From a virus (taxonomy: Duplodnaviria; Heunggongvirae; Uroviricota; Caudoviricetes): a stretch of DNA of 64,000 nt. Position numbers and translations under genes: made by a program. Below are positions 1 to 9,779 of this stretch, piece after piece. A model generated the notes under the pieces. It saw only the letters and a program-made list of their open reading frames with translations, was not told the origin of the DNA and did not search any database. The stretch is taken from the IMG/VR virus record IMGVR_UViG_2630968701_000002; one strand, 5' to 3'. The stretch's first letter is position 1; the number at the start of each line of letters is the position of its first letter.

Positions 1-560
1 GAAATGAGCTTTTTAATCTTTCCATTTTCAATGTATACAAAATCTACGATATCTTCATCTTTTTCTTTTAAAGAAATCGGAATGTCTTCAAGTGTATCAT
101 CATTAAACCGGAAAAACATATTATAAACGGAATCTGTTACAGAGGTGGCATTGAATATAAAGTATGGATATTTTTTCTCATCTAATGCAGAAATATCTTT
201 TCGAATCTTATCATACCATTCAATTAGGTCCATATTATCTGGATGATAATATCTAACATCTTCCATAAAAAACTTTTGAATGCAATCAGCAATAAATGTT
301 TTATCTTTTGTAAAAAATATCTGTTGGTTTACAAGCAGCCACAAAACGCGATCTTCTGTTCTTTTAGATTTTGAAACATTGCGTTCTAATTTATCCAGAT
401 TCTTTGAAGTGAACAGTACTTTATATGTATCTTTTTCATTTAAATATTTTTCTCCAAGGATTTTGTAAATCTGTGGCAGAAACAACCAAGAATTTTTGTA
501 TTGTTTTAACTCCACTGCTGTAAAATCGGATTTAATGCCATATAGGTTGGTATAGCTCAT
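1..560 (-). CDS. hypothetical protein, 5' part only; the ORF continues beyond the window start
   Basis: Minus-strand open frame from ATG (reverse complement of cat at 558-560), with AGGAGA RBS about 8 nt upstream on the minus strand. No stop before position 1. The translation is protein-like (MSYTNLYGIKSDFTAVELKQYKNSW...). Confidence 0.45.
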   Translation of the reverse strand, partial: MSYTNLYGIKSDFTAVELKQYKNSWLFLPQIYKILGEKYLNEKDTYKVLFTSKNLDKLERNVSKSKRTEDRVLWLLVNQQIFFTKDKTFIADCIQKFFMEDVRYYHPDNMDLIEWYDKIRKDISALDEKKYPYFIFNATSVTDSVYNMFFRFNDDTLEDIPISLKEKDEDIVDFVYIENGKIKKLI

Positions 561-1116
561 TTCTTTTTCTCCTTTCTATCTTTTTCTTTTTGTTTTTCTT
601 CTTTGAATTTTGGTTTTTCTTTTTAGGTCTCTTTTTCGGTTTTTTCTTTTTGTTATGTTCTAGATTATCGTCAGAATTGGGATTATTCTTTCTTTTTTGT
701 AATTCTTCATGATATTCCAAATGGTCTTCATAAGAATCATGAAAAATACTGAAGTGGACAACGGCGATTAAAACAACTACTATTTCCAAATATCCAATGA
801 TTATGATGGAAGCTATCAAATCCATCGGATAAAAGCCTGCTTTCACTACACTTAACTGTAGTCCTATTACTTCACAGAGATAAAAAAAGAATTTAGTTTT
901 GTCCAAGCTTGCTTCCAAAATATAATGATCCTCTTGCAGTCGATTATAAACAGGATGATTCCATTTTTTACTTCCGCTAACACCAATCGAATTAAAGTAA
1001 CGGTCTATCTTTTTATCAGTCATGATATCATCTATTTTAATTATGATTTCACTAACGATAGAAAGAATGAATCCCACAATTCCCATGTACAAAAATATAA
1101 AATCCAAAGTATCCAT
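532..1116 (-). CDS. hypothetical membrane protein with Lys-rich C-terminal tail
   Basis: 194-aa ORF with hydrophobic N-terminal segments. The K-rich tail is encoded by a T-rich tract and could be over-extension. Confidence 0.4.
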   Translation of the reverse strand: MDTLDFIFLYMGIVGFILSIVSEIIIKIDDIMTDKKIDRYFNSIGVSGSKKWNHPVYNRLQEDHYILEASLDKTKFFFYLCEVIGLQLSVVKAGFYPMDLIASIIIIGYLEIVVVLIAVVHFSIFHDSYEDHLEYHEELQKRKNNPNSDDNLEHNKKKKPKKRPKKKNQNSKKKNKKKKIERRKRNELYQPIWH

Positions 1117-1145
1117 AGTTTATTTCCCCTTTCTCTTTCTTTTTT

Positions 1146-1514
1146 TCATTTTAAATATGAGAGTAAATCTTGTATTACATAACGCAGAGAACAGATATAA
1201 AATCCTATCATGAATGAAATTATTATAAATCTGCGATAAAATAAATTTGATTCATTAATATCGTTGATAACAAGCGGAGAGATAAATATAAAAAAACAAA
1301 TGCCGGATGAAATTCCATAAAATGATTTTAAATTCCATAAACAGTTTTTTAGTTTCTTATATCCCTCATTCATGCATTTTCTTACAATAGGATTTTTTGT
1401 TTTGGATAGATTATTTACCAGTATTTGACGTTCTCTATATTCTATAATTTCACATATGATCAAACAAATTGTAAAAGAAATCTGGATGAATTCAAAAATC
1501 AAGTATATTGACAT
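1146..1514 (-). CDS. hypothetical small membrane protein
   Basis: 122-aa ORF with hydrophobic stretches. Ends with TGA. A cassette motif (taaatatgaga) lies at 1151-1165. Confidence 0.45.
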   Translation of the reverse strand: MSIYLIFEFIQISFTICLIICEIIEYRERQILVNNLSKTKNPIVRKCMNEGYKKLKNCLWNLKSFYGISSGICFFIFISPLVINDINESNLFYRRFIIISFMIGFYICSLRYVIQDLLSYLK

Positions 1515-1637
1515 CTTTGTGTATTACTCCTTTTATTTTAAATATGAAAGAAAATCTAGAAAGAAAAAAATCACATATAAAAAAAAGAGGCCAGTTAAGG
1601 CCTCTTTCAAAAAAGTATGATATGTGTTTTGAATTAA

Positions 1638-1853
1638 CTAATATTCAAGATATTCAAGAAGTTCTTCTTCATCTGAAAACTCTTTACCTTCGATGTTAAA
1701 AACATCCCAGGTATTTGCACATCCCTTGCGACAATTACAGGTTAACCCATGATAATCTCCATTTGTTGTGTGTACGCTTACCATTGGGTAATTCCCGTTA
1801 TTGCAACCAGGATTTTCTAATTCTTCAATTATTACTGACTTTACTTTGATCAT
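1638..1853 (-). CDS. hypothetical small Cys-containing protein
   Basis: 71-aa ORF with RBS ggag upstream. Part of a tightly spaced operon from 3736 down to 1638. Confidence 0.4.
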   Translation of the reverse strand: MIKVKSVIIEELENPGCNNGNYPMVSVHTTNGDYHGLTCNCRKGCANTWDVFNIEGKEFSDEEELLEYLEY

Positions 1854-1870
1854 AGTTTTTCTCCTGTTTT

Positions 1871-2095
1871 TTAAATATAAACATCATCTTTTATTGGTGT
1901 TAATGAAATCTCCCATTCTTTTGGAAGGCTTTCAATGATCTCAAGAACGTACCATTCTTTTCCTGCTTCTTCAGCAGCAATCTTAAGATCATCGATCTTT
2001 TCTTGAATCATTTCCATTGTCACGTCATCATTTTTACAAATTAAAACTCCGCAACAATCCATTTCAGGTGTTACATTTAAGAAAAGTAGTCTCAT
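1871..2095 (-). CDS. hypothetical protein
   Basis: 74-aa acidic ORF with AGGAG RBS. Confidence 0.4.
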   Translation of the reverse strand: MRLLFLNVTPEMDCCGVLICKNDDVTMEMIQEKIDDLKIAAEEAGKEWYVLEIIESLPKEWEISLTPIKDDVYI

Positions 2096-2110
2096 AGTCT
2101 TTCTCCTTTT

Positions 2111-2425
2111 TTAAATTAAATCTATGTCTGTTACATCTTGGATCATATCTACTGTTTGCGCACTGTATTCTACACTATAAGTCTCGAAACAAGCATGAGC
2201 AGACAATTCTGTGATACTCTTAGATATATGATGTAAATTAACACTAATCTCATCAATATTTTCTGTAGATCTTGTACACATTTCATAAGACATTTCTTTT
2301 TCTTTTTCTATGCTGTTTAACAAATACCGTTTTGCTTCTTCTACCGTAGCTGTTAAGTGTAATAATGTGATACTATAGTCATATGTATTACTGATCGCAA
2401 CGATCCATTTATTTTTTTGATTCAT
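2111..2425 (-). CDS. hypothetical protein
   Basis: 104-aa ORF with RBS gggagaa. Confidence 0.4.
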   Translation of the reverse strand: MNQKNKWIVAISNTYDYSITLLHLTATVEEAKRYLLNSIEKEKEMSYEMCTRSTENIDEISVNLHHISKSITELSAHACFETYSVEYSAQTVDMIQDVTDIDLI

Positions 2426-2446
2426 ATGTTTTCTCCCTTTTAAAAT

Positions 2447-3004
2447 TTAATTCAAAAATTCTGTATAATCTTTATTATGAAATTTTGCGCTTTCATAATG
2501 AAAATTACAATCAGTAAGTAAATCTTCAATTTTCTTTCTGCATTTATTTGCTTTATGTAATTTTGCTAGTTCTGTCAGATCTCTTTTTGAAAATGACCAG
2601 TCTAGTGGTCCTGATAACTCAGATCCTCTTTTCACAGATTTTAATGCAGCTAAGAAATCATTTCTGATTTCAACATTTCTTTCCAATTTATCGAAATTCA
2701 GATAATCTTGCAGAATTTTATCTCCATATGGATTTGCTTTAATCGTAGAAATGATTTCATCTTTACTTTCAGGAAAACTTACCATAATTTCTGAAATGTC
2801 AGTCTGCAACCACATGGAAGCCTGGAATAATTCAGGCTCCGCATTTATTTCAAGCTCTGGAAAATATTTTTTGCAAAGATAAAGATCCAAATCTTTCATA
2901 TTCTGCAAAATTTCTTGCTTAACTTTACGCTCATGCTCTCTGCATTCAATTTCGCTTTCAAATGTTATCTCATCATCTGCGATATAAATCATCTTTGTTC
3001 TCAT
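2447..3004 (-). CDS. hypothetical protein, paralog of 17342-17968
   Basis: 185 aa. Shares the C-terminal motif LTELAKLHKANKCRKKIEDLLTDCNFHYESAKF with 17342-17968 (LCELAKLHKADCYRTQIEDLLTTDNYHELCARF). Confidence 0.5.
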   Translation of the reverse strand: MRTKMIYIADDEITFESEIECREHERKVKQEILQNMKDLDLYLCKKYFPELEINAEPELFQASMWLQTDISEIMVSFPESKDEIISTIKANPYGDKILQDYLNFDKLERNVEIRNDFLAALKSVKRGSELSGPLDWSFSKRDLTELAKLHKANKCRKKIEDLLTDCNFHYESAKFHNKDYTEFLN

Positions 3005-3019
3005 GATACAAAATCCTTT

Positions 3020-3511
3020 CTATTTTTCTTTCTTTTTCAGCCATTTCACCCATTTTAATTCCGTAAGATCAAACTGATACAATTCACTAGGTCGTTCTGT
3101 TTCATCGTCTATGTCAAGAAAATCAATGCACAGCAAGCAATCTGCAAAATTGCCTTGTTGTTTTGGCACGTCAAACGCAAATCTGATGCCATACAATTGA
3201 TCAACATATCCTGATTCATAGATCAAATCTTCTGCTTTTTTTAAAAAATACGGAAAATTCAAATCTGTGACTTTCTTAAATGGTTTCATTTGTGCATTGT
3301 TACATTTCAGATCTTCCTCTAATTTATAATTGAAAAGTCTCTCATTGTTTTTATCATAAATTGATAATGTACTAAGATGATACTTATTTACAAGGTGTCT
3401 TGCGAGACTCAGAATATCACTACTCATGACTGCTCCATCTTGAACAACCAGTCTCGTTTCGTTTTCAGTAATTTCTAATTTCCAACTGATCATAATTCTT
3501 CTCCTTCCCAA
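3020..3511 (-). CDS. hypothetical protein
   Basis: 163-aa ORF with RBS. Confidence 0.45.
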   Translation of the reverse strand: MGRRRIMISWKLEITENETRLVVQDGAVMSSDILSLARHLVNKYHLSTLSIYDKNNERLFNYKLEEDLKCNNAQMKPFKKVTDLNFPYFLKKAEDLIYESGYVDQLYGIRFAFDVPKQQGNFADCLLCIDFLDIDDETERPSELYQFDLTELKWVKWLKKKEK

Positions 3512-3736
3512 CTAAGCAGTTACAACCTGCCAGACATGCACATCTTCTCCATTGAGATATAGAATCGCATCTTCGTAATCACAATGTGATTGTTGCTGCC
3601 ATTCTGGATAAATCTCTTGAGAACACATTTTCTCGTATTCCAAATAAAGATTTCTACTAGCTTCTTCTACGCTGTCGTATTGTCCTACGACATCAATCGT
3701 GTATCCATCTGTATGGATTAATAATGCTTTCATCAT
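3512..3736 (-). CDS. hypothetical protein
   Basis: 74-aa ORF immediately upstream of 3020-3511, translationally coupled. Confidence 0.45.
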   Translation of the reverse strand: MMKALLIHTDGYTIDVVGQYDSVEEASRNLYLEYEKMCSQEIYPEWQQQSHCDYEDAILYLNGEDVHVWQVVTA

Positions 3737-3752
3737 ATTTTCTCCTTTTCTA

Positions 3753-4178
3753 CTATGGAAGTAATTCTTTGTTTGCTTTTTTGATTAGATCAATATATCG
3801 TATTGGATATCGATCTGTGAAATAACCTTTTACTTCAAGTAAATGTGCTACAATACGGTGCTCCATATCAACTTTAAATTCTTCAATCGTTACATCTGTA
3901 AACGAATCCTCAATATGTAATGAATGAGTACTACAGAAGTCATATGGATAATCTGGTTGATCTTTAAGACGATCACTATATCCATATCCTGTGTCAACGC
4001 CACCTACATATAGATCAAAATGAAGGAATGTATCAAAATCAATAATATCGAAGCATAATAAACCACATCAAACGTTTCCAATCCATCCCCCATCGTAATT
4101 ACTTTCTTTATAGGTCCGCTGTTTTTCTTTGAAGTTTTCAAATTCGTTCTCGTTTAAGTTCCATACAAAATCAAACAT
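3753..4178 (-). pseudogene. hypothetical protein gene interrupted by one in-frame TGA
   Basis: ATG at 4178 with AGGAGA RBS. The frame reads MFDFVWNLNENEF...GNV, then TGA (reverse complement of tca at 4068-4070), then continues in the same frame as ...FDIIDFDTFLHFDLYVGGVDTGYGYSDRLKDQPDYPYDF...KELLP to the stop at 3753-3755. Confidence 0.5.
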
Positions 4179-4201
4179 AATTTTTCTCCTTTATTTTTTG
4201 A

Positions 4202-4468
4202 CTAATTAAATTGTTTTAAATCAGAAATGGTTTCTCTGATCATTTCCTGAGCATAAGGATCCCTTTTTGCTCTTTCATCAAGATATTCAACTTCATATGT
4301 TGCAAGATCAATCTTAGCAATTACAGATCCTTCCTCATTAGGATTTTTTGTTTTCCAAGCATCAATGTAAACTTTATGATCTTCTTCATCAACAAAATTG
4401 TTTCTAATTTCTCTGTATTTTGATATCTGTTTCATATTTTTCTCCTTATTCATTTTTAACAAAATCAA
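4202..4468 (-). CDS. hypothetical protein
   Basis: 88-aa ORF. Confidence 0.45.
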   Translation of the reverse strand: MILLKMNKEKNMKQISKYREIRNNFVDEEDHKVYIDAWKTKNPNEEGSVIAKIDLATYEVEYLDERAKRDPYAQEMIRETISDLKQFN

Positions 4469-4709
4469 TATTTTCTTTTAAACACAAAGGGTTAGAATTC
4501 GCATAGTCTGTGATTCCCCAGCTATTAAGATATTCGCCATCTTTATCTATAAACAATGCGATATCTGAAAGAATGTCTTCTTCATCTGGAAGCTTCGTTT
4601 CATCATCGAGCATGGAAGATTCCTTTAACAGAATCTCCCGTGTTTCTTTACAATATTTGATAAAAGATATTACTTTCTCTTTTCCCTTTTTGGTTAATTG
4701 GTATTCCAT
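4446..4709 (-). CDS. hypothetical protein, member of paralog family (Y-x-LT-x-KG-E-K...EF...C..KR N-terminal motif)
   Basis: Begins MEYQLTKKGKEKVISFIKYCKETR, similar to the starts of 4721-5200, 5387-5902, 5890-6234 and 6231-6560. Confidence 0.5.
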   Translation of the reverse strand: MEYQLTKKGKEKVISFIKYCKETREILLKESSMLDDETKLPDEEDILSDIALFIDKDGEYLNSWGITDYANSNPLCLKENIDFVKNE

Positions 4710-4720
4710 AGTTAGTCTCC

Positions 4721-5200
4721 TTATAAAAGTTCACGTACTTGTGCGACCAAATCAAAATATTCCGTTCCATAAATCTTTGCATCATTTCCGTCATCATGAC
4801 GATGCCCCTCTTCCGTCGGATCATTGCATGGAATTTCGATATTTTTTTCATCTAAAAGATTTTCAAAAACATCAACGATATCTTCTGCAAGATGTTCTTT
4901 ATTGATCGCGTCATCGATAATTGACTGTTTCTCACATTTGATGAAATCAGCCTCATAGATCAAAGTAAGTTCTCCTCGGAAATGATCTGTAATAAGAACA
5001 GAATACGTGTGCTTCTTTAAATCTGAAGCATGAAAATAATTGATAGATAACAAAATATCCTTTGCACTGAGATTTCTTGCATTATCGATCAGATCATCGG
5101 TATCAATACCTTCCTCAACCATTCTCTTGCGTTTTTCAACGCAAGACTGAATGAAGTGTTCAACTTTTCTTTCTCCATTTTTTGTAAATACATAATTCAT
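4721..5200 (-). CDS. hypothetical protein, same paralog family
   Basis: Begins MNYVFTKNGERKVEHFIQSCVEKRKR. Confidence 0.5.
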   Translation of the reverse strand: MNYVFTKNGERKVEHFIQSCVEKRKRMVEEGIDTDDLIDNARNLSAKDILLSINYFHASDLKKHTYSVLITDHFRGELTLIYEADFIKCEKQSIIDDAINKEHLAEDIVDVFENLLDEKNIEIPCNDPTEEGHRHDDGNDAKIYGTEYFDLVAQVRELL

Positions 5201-5215
5201 AGTCTTTCTCCTTTA

Positions 5216-5371
5216 CTACCACTGAGATTCTTTGTCGAAAACCATAATGTCATCTTCTGTTAAACCTGTTTCTCCACAGATTTCGGACAATCTAACATTC
5301 ATTGCATCTTCGCCAATAATTTCTTCCCAGACTTGCTCCTTTTTAAAGGTATAACATAAAATAAATCTCAT
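5216..5371 (-). CDS. small hypothetical protein (51 aa)
   Basis: ATG with GGAGAA RBS. Translation MRFILCYTFKKEQVWEEIIGEDAMNVRLSEICGETGLTEDDIMVFDKESQW. Below the length cutoff of the ORF track. Confidence 0.3.
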   Translation of the reverse strand: MRFILCYTFKKEQVWEEIIGEDAMNVRLSEICGETGLTEDDIMVFDKESQW

Positions 5372-5386
5372 AATTTTTCTCCTTTA

Positions 5387-5902
5387 CTATTTCACAATAT
5401 TTCCATCATAATCTACTTTTGAATTTTCCATACCGGAATAGTTGTTCTCTACAATGTCCATCAGAACATAGTATAATGATGAGTTTTTTACTCCTTGAAT
5501 TTGCTCTTCCAGAGAATTCAACTCTTTTTTGTAAGAATCTGCAGAAGCATCAAAATCCATATCAAGCGACATATTGAAAAGAACATTTGCCATTCTTTTG
5601 CATTCAGGATCTTCACTAACAAACGGAATAGACTCAAAGTCTTCAATATCTTTTAATATGATCACGCCTGTATAATGATCGGTAATATGCCATTTACTGG
5701 AATAATATCTGTCGCCTATATTCCAAACGTTTGTTTCAAAATGGTTTCCAGAATTGATATCATATAAGATATCCTCTTCTCTTGGAAATATTGTCTTTTT
5801 TGCAGTATCCCTTCCAGTATTTAATAGAAATTCTCGTTTCCTTCGACACTCTTTAAGAAATTCACCAATTTTTTCTTTTCCTTTTTCTGTTAATTGATAC
5901 AT
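5387..5902 (-). CDS. hypothetical protein, same paralog family
   Basis: Begins MYQLTEKGKEKIGEFLKECRRKREFLL. Confidence 0.5.
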   Translation of the reverse strand: MYQLTEKGKEKIGEFLKECRRKREFLLNTGRDTAKKTIFPREEDILYDINSGNHFETNVWNIGDRYYSSKWHITDHYTGVIILKDIEDFESIPFVSEDPECKRMANVLFNMSLDMDFDASADSYKKELNSLEEQIQGVKNSSLYYVLMDIVENNYSGMENSKVDYDGNIVK

Positions 5903-6234
5903 GTTTTCTCCTTATCTTCTATGAAATCTGTTCCATATTTCAGTTCCAAAGAGACATATATACTATGCTTCTTAGAAAGGCACCAATCTCTCATGTAGTA
6001 CTTGTCTCCAACATACCAAACGTCTTCAAGAAATCTTTCTCCAGAATTGATTTCATCTAGAATTATTTCTCTTGTTGGTAATTCTACATGATCAACACAA
6101 TCAGTGTAATGCCCGCTTAATGCTCGATAGTATTCTGAAATCTTCTTATATCTTTTACGGCATTCCTCAACAAATTCAGAGACATTTTTTTCGCCTTCTT
6201 TTGTCAGTTGATACATATTTTCTCCTTTCATCAT
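5890..6234 (-). CDS. hypothetical protein, same paralog family
   Basis: Internal MYQLTKEGEKNVSEFVEECRKRY. Overlaps the downstream gene by 13 nt. Confidence 0.5.
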   Translation of the reverse strand: MMKGENMYQLTKEGEKNVSEFVEECRKRYKKISEYYRALSGHYTDCVDHVELPTREIILDEINSGERFLEDVWYVGDKYYMRDWCLSKKHSIYVSLELKYGTDFIEDKEKTCIN

Positions 6235-6560
6235 AAAAAACTATAAGCTTTCACAAAATGTTTTTTGTACAGTAATTTGATCTGCATACTGTGATCTTTT
6301 GTCACATTCCAATCGGAAACATATTCTGGATTTTCTCTGACGATGACCGTCTGATCGATATCTTTCAAAATAGCTTCTTTTGTTGGTAGTTTTACAGCAT
6401 CTGATTCAGCATTTAACAGTTCTTTCTGTTTGATCTGACATTTGTTTATAAATTCCTGTACAACTTTTTCTCCTTCTTCTGTAAATTCAAAATTATCATT
6501 GTATTCAGATTCAAAATCTACATCTTCAAAATCTTCAAAATTAATTTCTTCAAAATTCAT
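6231..6560 (-). CDS. hypothetical acidic protein, same family
   Basis: Contains FTEEGEKVVQEFINKCQIKQKELL. Start overlaps the upstream stop (ATGA). Confidence 0.5.
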   Translation of the reverse strand: MNFEEINFEDFEDVDFESEYNDNFEFTEEGEKVVQEFINKCQIKQKELLNAESDAVKLPTKEAILKDIDQTVIVRENPEYVSDWNVTKDHSMQIKLLYKKHFVKAYSFL

Positions 6561-6581
6561 ATTTAGTTCTCCTTTGCTCTA

Positions 6582-6662
6582 ATCGTCATTATTTGTTTAC
6601 GTATTAAGTATGAGAGATGAGAAAAAAGATAAAAAAAAGGAGAGCCAAACGGACTCTCTTAA
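6582..6662 (-). promoter_or_regulatory. conserved intergenic cassette (terminator hairpin + promoter boxes + AATGACGA leader), representative copy
   Basis: Plus-strand text tcgtcatt...taagtatgagagatgagaaaaaagataaaa...ggagagccaaacggactctc. The same module recurs throughout the window. Confidence 0.6.
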
Positions 6663-7513
6663 AGATTTTTTGCATGTTGTTTTACATCTCCTTTTCTTTC
6701 ATTATTTGTTTTCTGAAAATATTCAGATTCCACTTCAAACTCTATTTCTTTGGATAAATGATAATAATATTCACTTTGCAATTTATAAAATGCGACTTTT
6801 AGATCCTCGTCATAAAATTTACCATCCTGTCCATTTTGAATTTTCCGATAAGTAATATCTGGATGATGATACACGGTTGAGATATTTCCATCCATGCAAG
6901 AAAGTACCATATAAATTTCGCCACTTTTTTCTGCACGATATTTCACTGGATAACTATCGATATATCCATATGAATGCCAGTTGTAATCATCAGTAGTTTT
7001 CAATTTATCAACATCCCTTCGTGTATTTTCGTCTTTCTTACTATTAGCATACTGATTATGCGTAGATGTAATATTTTGATAAAGATCTTCTTCGGTACAA
7101 TTATCAGCTTCCACAATTACCAAAATTGCAGCTTTCATTGAACTTCGATAATCCAAAAGATCTTTATCTAAAGGGATATTAATCTGGTATCTATTTTCAA
7201 TATCACCATTGATTACAGTTTTCTGGAAAACAGCAACATCTAGTCTTTTTCTCTTAATACTTATCCATCCAGTGTTTTCTGCATACTCCATCAGATGATA
7301 TGGATTGATTTTATAAATATCATGACTTTTTGTTTTATAAATGTTATCAATAAGCATATCAATATCCTTCTTTGTATAATGATCAGAACGAAGCAGATTA
7401 TCCAATACTTGGATATCTGGAATACTAAGATTTGTGCAATCCGAGATAAACATTGGCGTCACAAGTCCATTTTTGAGCAATCGTTCTGCAATTTTTTCTA
7501 TATCTTGTATCAT
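6659..7513 (-). CDS. hypothetical protein
   Basis: 284-aa ORF. Confidence 0.5.
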   Translation of the reverse strand: MIQDIEKIAERLLKNGLVTPMFISDCTNLSIPDIQVLDNLLRSDHYTKKDIDMLIDNIYKTKSHDIYKINPYHLMEYAENTGWISIKRKRLDVAVFQKTVINGDIENRYQINIPLDKDLLDYRSSMKAAILVIVEADNCTEEDLYQNITSTHNQYANSKKDENTRRDVDKLKTTDDYNWHSYGYIDSYPVKYRAEKSGEIYMVLSCMDGNISTVYHHPDITYRKIQNGQDGKFYDEDLKVAFYKLQSEYYYHLSKEIEFEVESEYFQKTNNERKGDVKQHAKNL

Positions 7514-7544
7514 GGTTATATCCTGTGAAGCCTCACACGACTAA

Positions 7545-7800
7545 AGTCGCGTGCTTCCCCTTAAGTATGTATATACATACGTAGTCTCTTTAGGAGACGG
7601 GGACTTCATTTCTACAGATACAGCCAAAACTCAGAATTCTTATGACACGAAGGACATAAGCTCCGCATTCAGGCTAATTAACGTAGACCATGTGCAGGTG
7701 CTTCTCTTACTGCATGGAGGAACTTTTGCCTCCATGAGCAACCTCTCATTCTCAGGCAAGGATTTTAAGATCTCCCGGATAAAATACCGGGCTCCGATGT
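7545..7800 (-). ncRNA. candidate TnpB omega/right-end RNA overlapping the tnpB 3' end and the RE
   Basis: Established knowledge: the TnpB guide RNA derives from the 3' end of tnpB plus the RE. This stretch is GC-rich with hairpin-forming segments (cacgactaaagtcgcgtg). Confidence 0.4.
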
Positions 7801-8981
7801 TATAAGATGCGGAAAGATCGCAGTTGTAGACTTTTCCGTTCTGGAACTGGCAGACACTGTAAGATGAAAATCCTGCATGTTTTCCGCGCAGGACTCGTCC
7901 ACTTCCATCATAAGCCAGTCTGGAAGTGTTCCAGGCGCAGATCCGGGCAATATGCATTCCCAGACGATGCGCTTTATCCGTTACGACCCTCTGGACTTCC
8001 TGACTCTTCCACAGGTGCAGCCGCTGTTTTCTGGAACCGCGTTTCTTTCCTTTCTTTTCTAAATATTCAAAGACGATGGCGTCTGCGTTGTAAAGGACTG
8101 CGATATCCATGATAAACTTTGCAGTTTTGACAGAGATTTCATGATTGATCCCGTTCACTTTTGCCCATAACCTCGGCATCTTGCGGTTTCCATGCTGTTG
8201 TGCTTTCTTGATCCGGTTGATGCTGTGCGTCAGACAGTCTTGTTCCTTTGGAAGTTTTAAAAAATGCCTTCCAAGGATAGTGCCGTCACTACGCATCACA
8301 CTGATCGTTGCAGCAGCGTTGATTCCAAGATCGACCGCACAGATGATCCGGTCCGCAACGTCTGTATCACATAATTCGATATATTCTTTCATAGGAAAAT
8401 CCAGGAACCATTCATCTCCACGCTTCTGCAGGATCGGAGAACAATGTTTCCTTGCCTTGCATCTGCGTTCGATATAATCCATGTCAGATCTTCGGAGCTT
8501 GATCGTCAGCCAGTCCCAGGTGTTGCGGATATAGACTTTGATCCTTGCTTCATATTTTCCAATCTGCTGATACATATTTCCACGATACATACATGGATAA
8601 GAGTACCCAGCTTTTGGAAAGGAAGGCTTTCTTCCACGGATCTTTGGATCTTCTTCTTTCCAGTTTTTCAGATTACTTTTATAAGAAGAGACCTTGCCGA
8701 TCGCTTCATTGATCGCACTCCTTGCGAAGATAGCTTGGAAGTTTATAGAACTTCCGATCAAATGACTCATATGGCACTTCTGGGTTTTGCTTTGTCCTGT
8801 GACATAATCTCTCAACATAAATGACCGGGGAACATAAATAGTCTTCCTTGCGGATGTCTTCCCATTTCTGAAGACAAACCTGGATCATAAAATCGACAGC
8901 TTCCCGATACACAGATACTGTTTTTTTAAAGATATGATTGTAATTTTTAATTTTAGCACTGTATGTTGAAAATATCCGCAT
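7640..8981 (-). pseudogene. tnpB: tnpB (IS605 OrfB / RNA-guided nuclease), frameshifted copy
   Basis: Copy 2 is a single 446-aa ORF. Here the frame breaks near 8715, where ctccttgcgaag replaces copy 2's ctcctacgaag (a 1-nt indel), giving ORFs of 91 aa and 392 aa. RuvC-like motifs (AVDLG) and a C-terminal zinc finger (CQFQNGKVYNCDLSASYNIGARY) are present. Confidence 0.8.
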
Positions 8982-9147
8982 ATCGAACAGCTCCTTTCTT
9001 ATTTTTCCTCTTTCCTTAAATATGAGATTTATGAAAAAAAATATCTTTCATATATAAAAATCTTCTTCTTTGAAAGGAAACGTTACCTAACTCATGACTA
9101 AAGTCACGAGAGTGCGGTGACTGTTCTTCAAACTTATTTTTTTTTCA

Positions 9148-9222
9148 ATTTAAATATGAAGGATTTTAAAGAAACGGTTTTTCACATATAAAAAAAAGAG
9201 AGCCGAAGCTCTCCTTTTTTAT
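9148..9222 (-). promoter_or_regulatory. conserved intergenic cassette copy
   Basis: Plus-strand text ttaaatatgaaggattttaaagaaacggtttttcacatataaaaaaaagagagccgaagctctcc. Confidence 0.55.
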
Positions 9223-9695
9223 GAATCATATTCTTCCATCGCATCCAAAATATCATCAACATCATCAAATCCAGCGATCGGATAAGCAGTCTTTACATAA
9301 AACAGATTATTACGATCTCTGTGCAGCACTACAACAACGCTATGCACAGAAAAGATGTTTTTCCAATCTGTATGAAATGCAATTCCTTCTCCTGTGATAA
9401 GTTCAGAAGAAATGCTTAACTCAATATATGCTTCTACATCCTTTTTGATCCAGTTTTTGATTTCCTGATAATTTTCAGCAACCGTTCTTCTGATCCAATA
9501 TAATGCATTTTCTTTGGATAAGAATCTTGTTGCCATTTTAATATTACCAGGGGCAGGACGATGCATAGACAAGATTTTTGGAACTAATGCTTCTTTTGAA
9601 ATCGCATGTTCTTTAATTGCATGTCCTTTTGCTTCGTGGATATCGAAATATAATTCATTGTCATGGATCTGGTCGATCACTTCTTTCACAGTCAT
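9219..9695 (-). CDS. hypothetical protein
   Basis: 158-aa ORF. Confidence 0.45.
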   Translation of the reverse strand: MTVKEVIDQIHDNELYFDIHEAKGHAIKEHAISKEALVPKILSMHRPAPGNIKMATRFLSKENALYWIRRTVAENYQEIKNWIKKDVEAYIELSISSELITGEGIAFHTDWKNIFSVHSVVVVLHRDRNNLFYVKTAYPIAGFDDVDDILDAMEEYDS

Positions 9696-9779
9696 AAATA
9701 ACTCCTCTCTTCCTCATAAAAATAAGGATAAAAAAAAGAACCGGCCAGATATTCAAAGCCAGTTCAGTCCTAATATAAA

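Larger units (their letters stand above)
7545..9117 (-). mobile_element. IS200/IS605-family TnpB-only element (family A), copy 1
   Basis: About 97% identical to 37982-39556. Identity begins at tgtgaagcctcacacgactaaagtcgcgtg and ends at ctcatgactaaagtcacgagagtgcggt. The ends form imperfect hairpins. GC-richer than the flanks. Confidence 0.75.

Noticed and set aside
280-468. 62-aa plus-strand ORF near the window start.
   Set aside because: It lies entirely inside the longer minus-strand gene 1-560 and has no RBS.
7551-8824. Plus-strand ORFs of 60-126 aa overlapping the TnpB elements (7551-7805, 7807-8112, 8145-8477, 8444-8824 and their twins at 37991-39204).
   Set aside because: They lie antisense to, or inside, the GC-rich tnpB and right-end RNA region and have no RBS. 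They are typical spurious ORFs in GC-rich IS sequence.
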